From positions 248,099-312,000 of the forward strand of contig NMRA01000414.1 of the NCBI GenBank assembly GCA_002633005.1: DNA of 63,902 nucleotides, read 5' to 3'. Shown piece after piece: positions 61,940 through 63,902 of the stretch. A program made the position numbers and the translations under genes. Source of the DNA: Phoronis australis (Eukaryota; Animalia; Phoronida). Under the pieces are notes generated by a model, which was given only the letters and a program-made list of their open reading frames with translations, ran no database searches and was not told the origin of the DNA. Positions within the stretch are counted from its first letter, which is position 1. Each line of letters starts with the position of its first letter.

Positions 61940-62572
61940 TCACTCTAAACTGCTGCCAGGCAAACTGCTATCGAGAGAGTCTTCACGTAAGTAACGAGTC
62001 CGCGGAATATCGATACCAACTGCATTTAGCACAACGTGCACATGGGATGTTTCGTCTTCACTAGAGATACTAGCCTCGTCTTCATGAGGTTCCTCTATTT
62101 CTTCTATGGCTTCCATGACTATATTGCTATACAAAGACGAGTTAGTACGCGTCCTTTGGCGTTTAGCTATGTAGATGTCGGTTGCCGTCGGTAATGTGTG
62201 CTTAGTGTTTGGACTCCCGGATGGACTGGTCTTTGGGCTGCCTTTTGGACTATTCTTTGGACTAGAACTTAAGCTGATCTTGTTCTCTTTACGTTTGTGG
62301 AATAAACTGATCAAGTTGGAGAAGAAAGATTTGTCTTTGCAGGCTTCCTTCTGCTGCAAATCGGGTTCACTGATAAAACCAGGTGTGGCATCACGGGGCA
62401 TCCGTTCTGTCAACACTGGCAAGGAGCGTATTGTGTTCCTACTGTTTTTGTCCATGGTGACCTTGTTCGGCGCACTTTTATGCCTCAATCTTTCCTTATC
62501 CCTCTTTTCCTTCTTCTGCTTTGCTGTGGGAACAAAGGGCATGTGCCCACCTACGGCATTTGGGAACATCAT
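61940..62572 (-). CDS. Uncharacterised 210-aa disordered, Ser-Pro/basic/acidic-rich ORF (MMFPNAVGGHMPF..PGSSLE*) in an exon starting at acceptor 62612
   Basis: Longest ORF in the window; ttttctcgtattttcag| acceptor at 62612; AAA-ATG-ATG context; SPKNSPKGSPKTSPSGSP repeats and RQRTRTNSS motif. May be an alternative 5' exon of ClC-2 or an exon of a neighbouring gene. Confidence 0.75.
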   Translation of the reverse strand: MMFPNAVGGHMPFVPTAKQKKEKRDKERLRHKSAPNKVTMDKNSRNTIRSLPVLTERMPRDATPGFISEPDLQQKEACKDKSFFSNLISLFHKRKENKISLSSSPKNSPKGSPKTSPSGSPNTKHTLPTATDIYIAKRQRTRTNSSLYSNIVMEAIEEIEEPHEDEASISSEDETSHVHVVLNAVGIDIPRTRYLREDSLDSSLPGSSLE

Positions 62573-63902
62573 TTTCACTTGATTTTCGTTTCTGTCCAAT
62601 AAAATTCCGTTCCTGAAAATACGAGAAAAACAATCCACGTAAACGTCATAAACTTCAATCAAATGAACTGTTTCAACGCACTGGAATTTCCTACAGACAG
62701 TTGGCCTTCAACACAAATTTATATGCCACTGAACAAATTTATGAATTACCCGAAGCATAAATGACAGTATGCGTTCCACAGAAATAAGGAAACCACATAG
62801 TTAGCCACATAAAATGTACAAATGCAATTATAACATGTTCATCAATCAAAACCTCATAATATTTGTACTAGTAATGAGCCAACCTATAGATTCACTTTCA
62901 CGCTAACCCAGTTTCATCAGACCAGAACAGTCACTGGCCAGAAGGGCAACTGGGCACGATAAGCTATCAAAAACAAAAGTGTACACTAAATATCATGTGG
63001 TACACACCAATGATATGACCTTCGCTCACTTACAAAACTTCAACTATTGACAACTCGTGACGTGTTAAAGATAAAAAAGTCTCAGCTAAGGTGTCTAGAA
63101 TCCTTCTACTGAAGAAACTTTTGATTTAGACAACTTGTAATGATATGAAAGTGTTCTCCACTTGTAACATATTTAGAAGAGATGTAATTTTTGGTCTGCT
63201 GAAGACCATGGTTGATGAATGAAATGACACAAAATGACAGTCAACTTGCTTGCATACCATAATCTCAAAGTAATTAATGAGCTGTTAATTCTTTTCAATC
63301 CCAAAAATCACAAATATTTTGACCGAAGGAACAATTTGATACCTCCTCGATAACAGTACTTAGTCTACACCAAAAGTTGTGTTTCTCACAAAAGGCAGGT
63401 TTATACAACAGCTTTTAAGCCAGGCTTACAAAACAAAATGTATTTCCACACATCTTAAATACAAATTCCAACAAATGAATTTGAACAAAAAGTTTAAAGA
63501 CTATGTGTGACTAAAGATCACAAATATCACAGTGAATATCATTAATCATGACTTATCATGGACAACCAGTCTCGTGATTAGAATGTTCTTAAATAATCTT
63601 GTCCATGACGTAAACCACAACAAAAACTTGGACTGATTGACTGCGATTATCTCACGTGCCAAGATACCATTTTGACTACGGATAATAGGTGCAGCCAGGT
63701 CGGGTCAAGTCGAGGCTTTGTGCGTTATTTTTAGACCTGACAAGCGGTCAACTTGAACCAAGCAAAAACCCAACTCGTGCCAAGTTAATGTTATAAACCT
63801 ACATGTCTGATATCAACTAGAGACCACCCAATGTTTCTACTTTTAACACGGGAATCAATGAAAAGTGTACTGTCATAACCACGATAACAATTTTCCGATT
63901 TC

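Noticed and set aside
62175-62582. 135-aa plus-strand ORF
   Set aside because: Antisense shadow of the minus-strand 210-aa ORF.

Overview
Eukaryotic (invertebrate animal-type), AT-rich genomic window. It is dominated by one complete minus-strand multi-exon gene for a ClC-2/ClC-a-type chloride channel: ATG 55050 to TGA 4012, about 25 coding exons per isoform, about 955 aa, with all splice junctions and phases read by hand. Notable structure: (1) two duplicated, equal-length (137 nt) mutually exclusive exons encoding alternative CBS1 segments; (2) a chain of micro-exons in the CBS1-CBS2 linker; (3) three tandem two-exon genes nested antisense in the 22-kb first intron, encoding secreted pacifastin-like inhibitors with different P1 residues plus an atypical 4-Cys second module; (4) an upstream minus-strand exon with a 210-aa ORF whose UGA-C stop is followed in frame by a phase-0 donor compatible with channel exon 2. 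Introns carry many non-autonomous DNA transposons (MITEs, some nested, with readable TSDs), a Helentron-like element and tRNA-derived SINE-like fragments. There is a 356-N gap at 53848-54203. The organism cannot be determined from sequence alone, and no transcript evidence was available.
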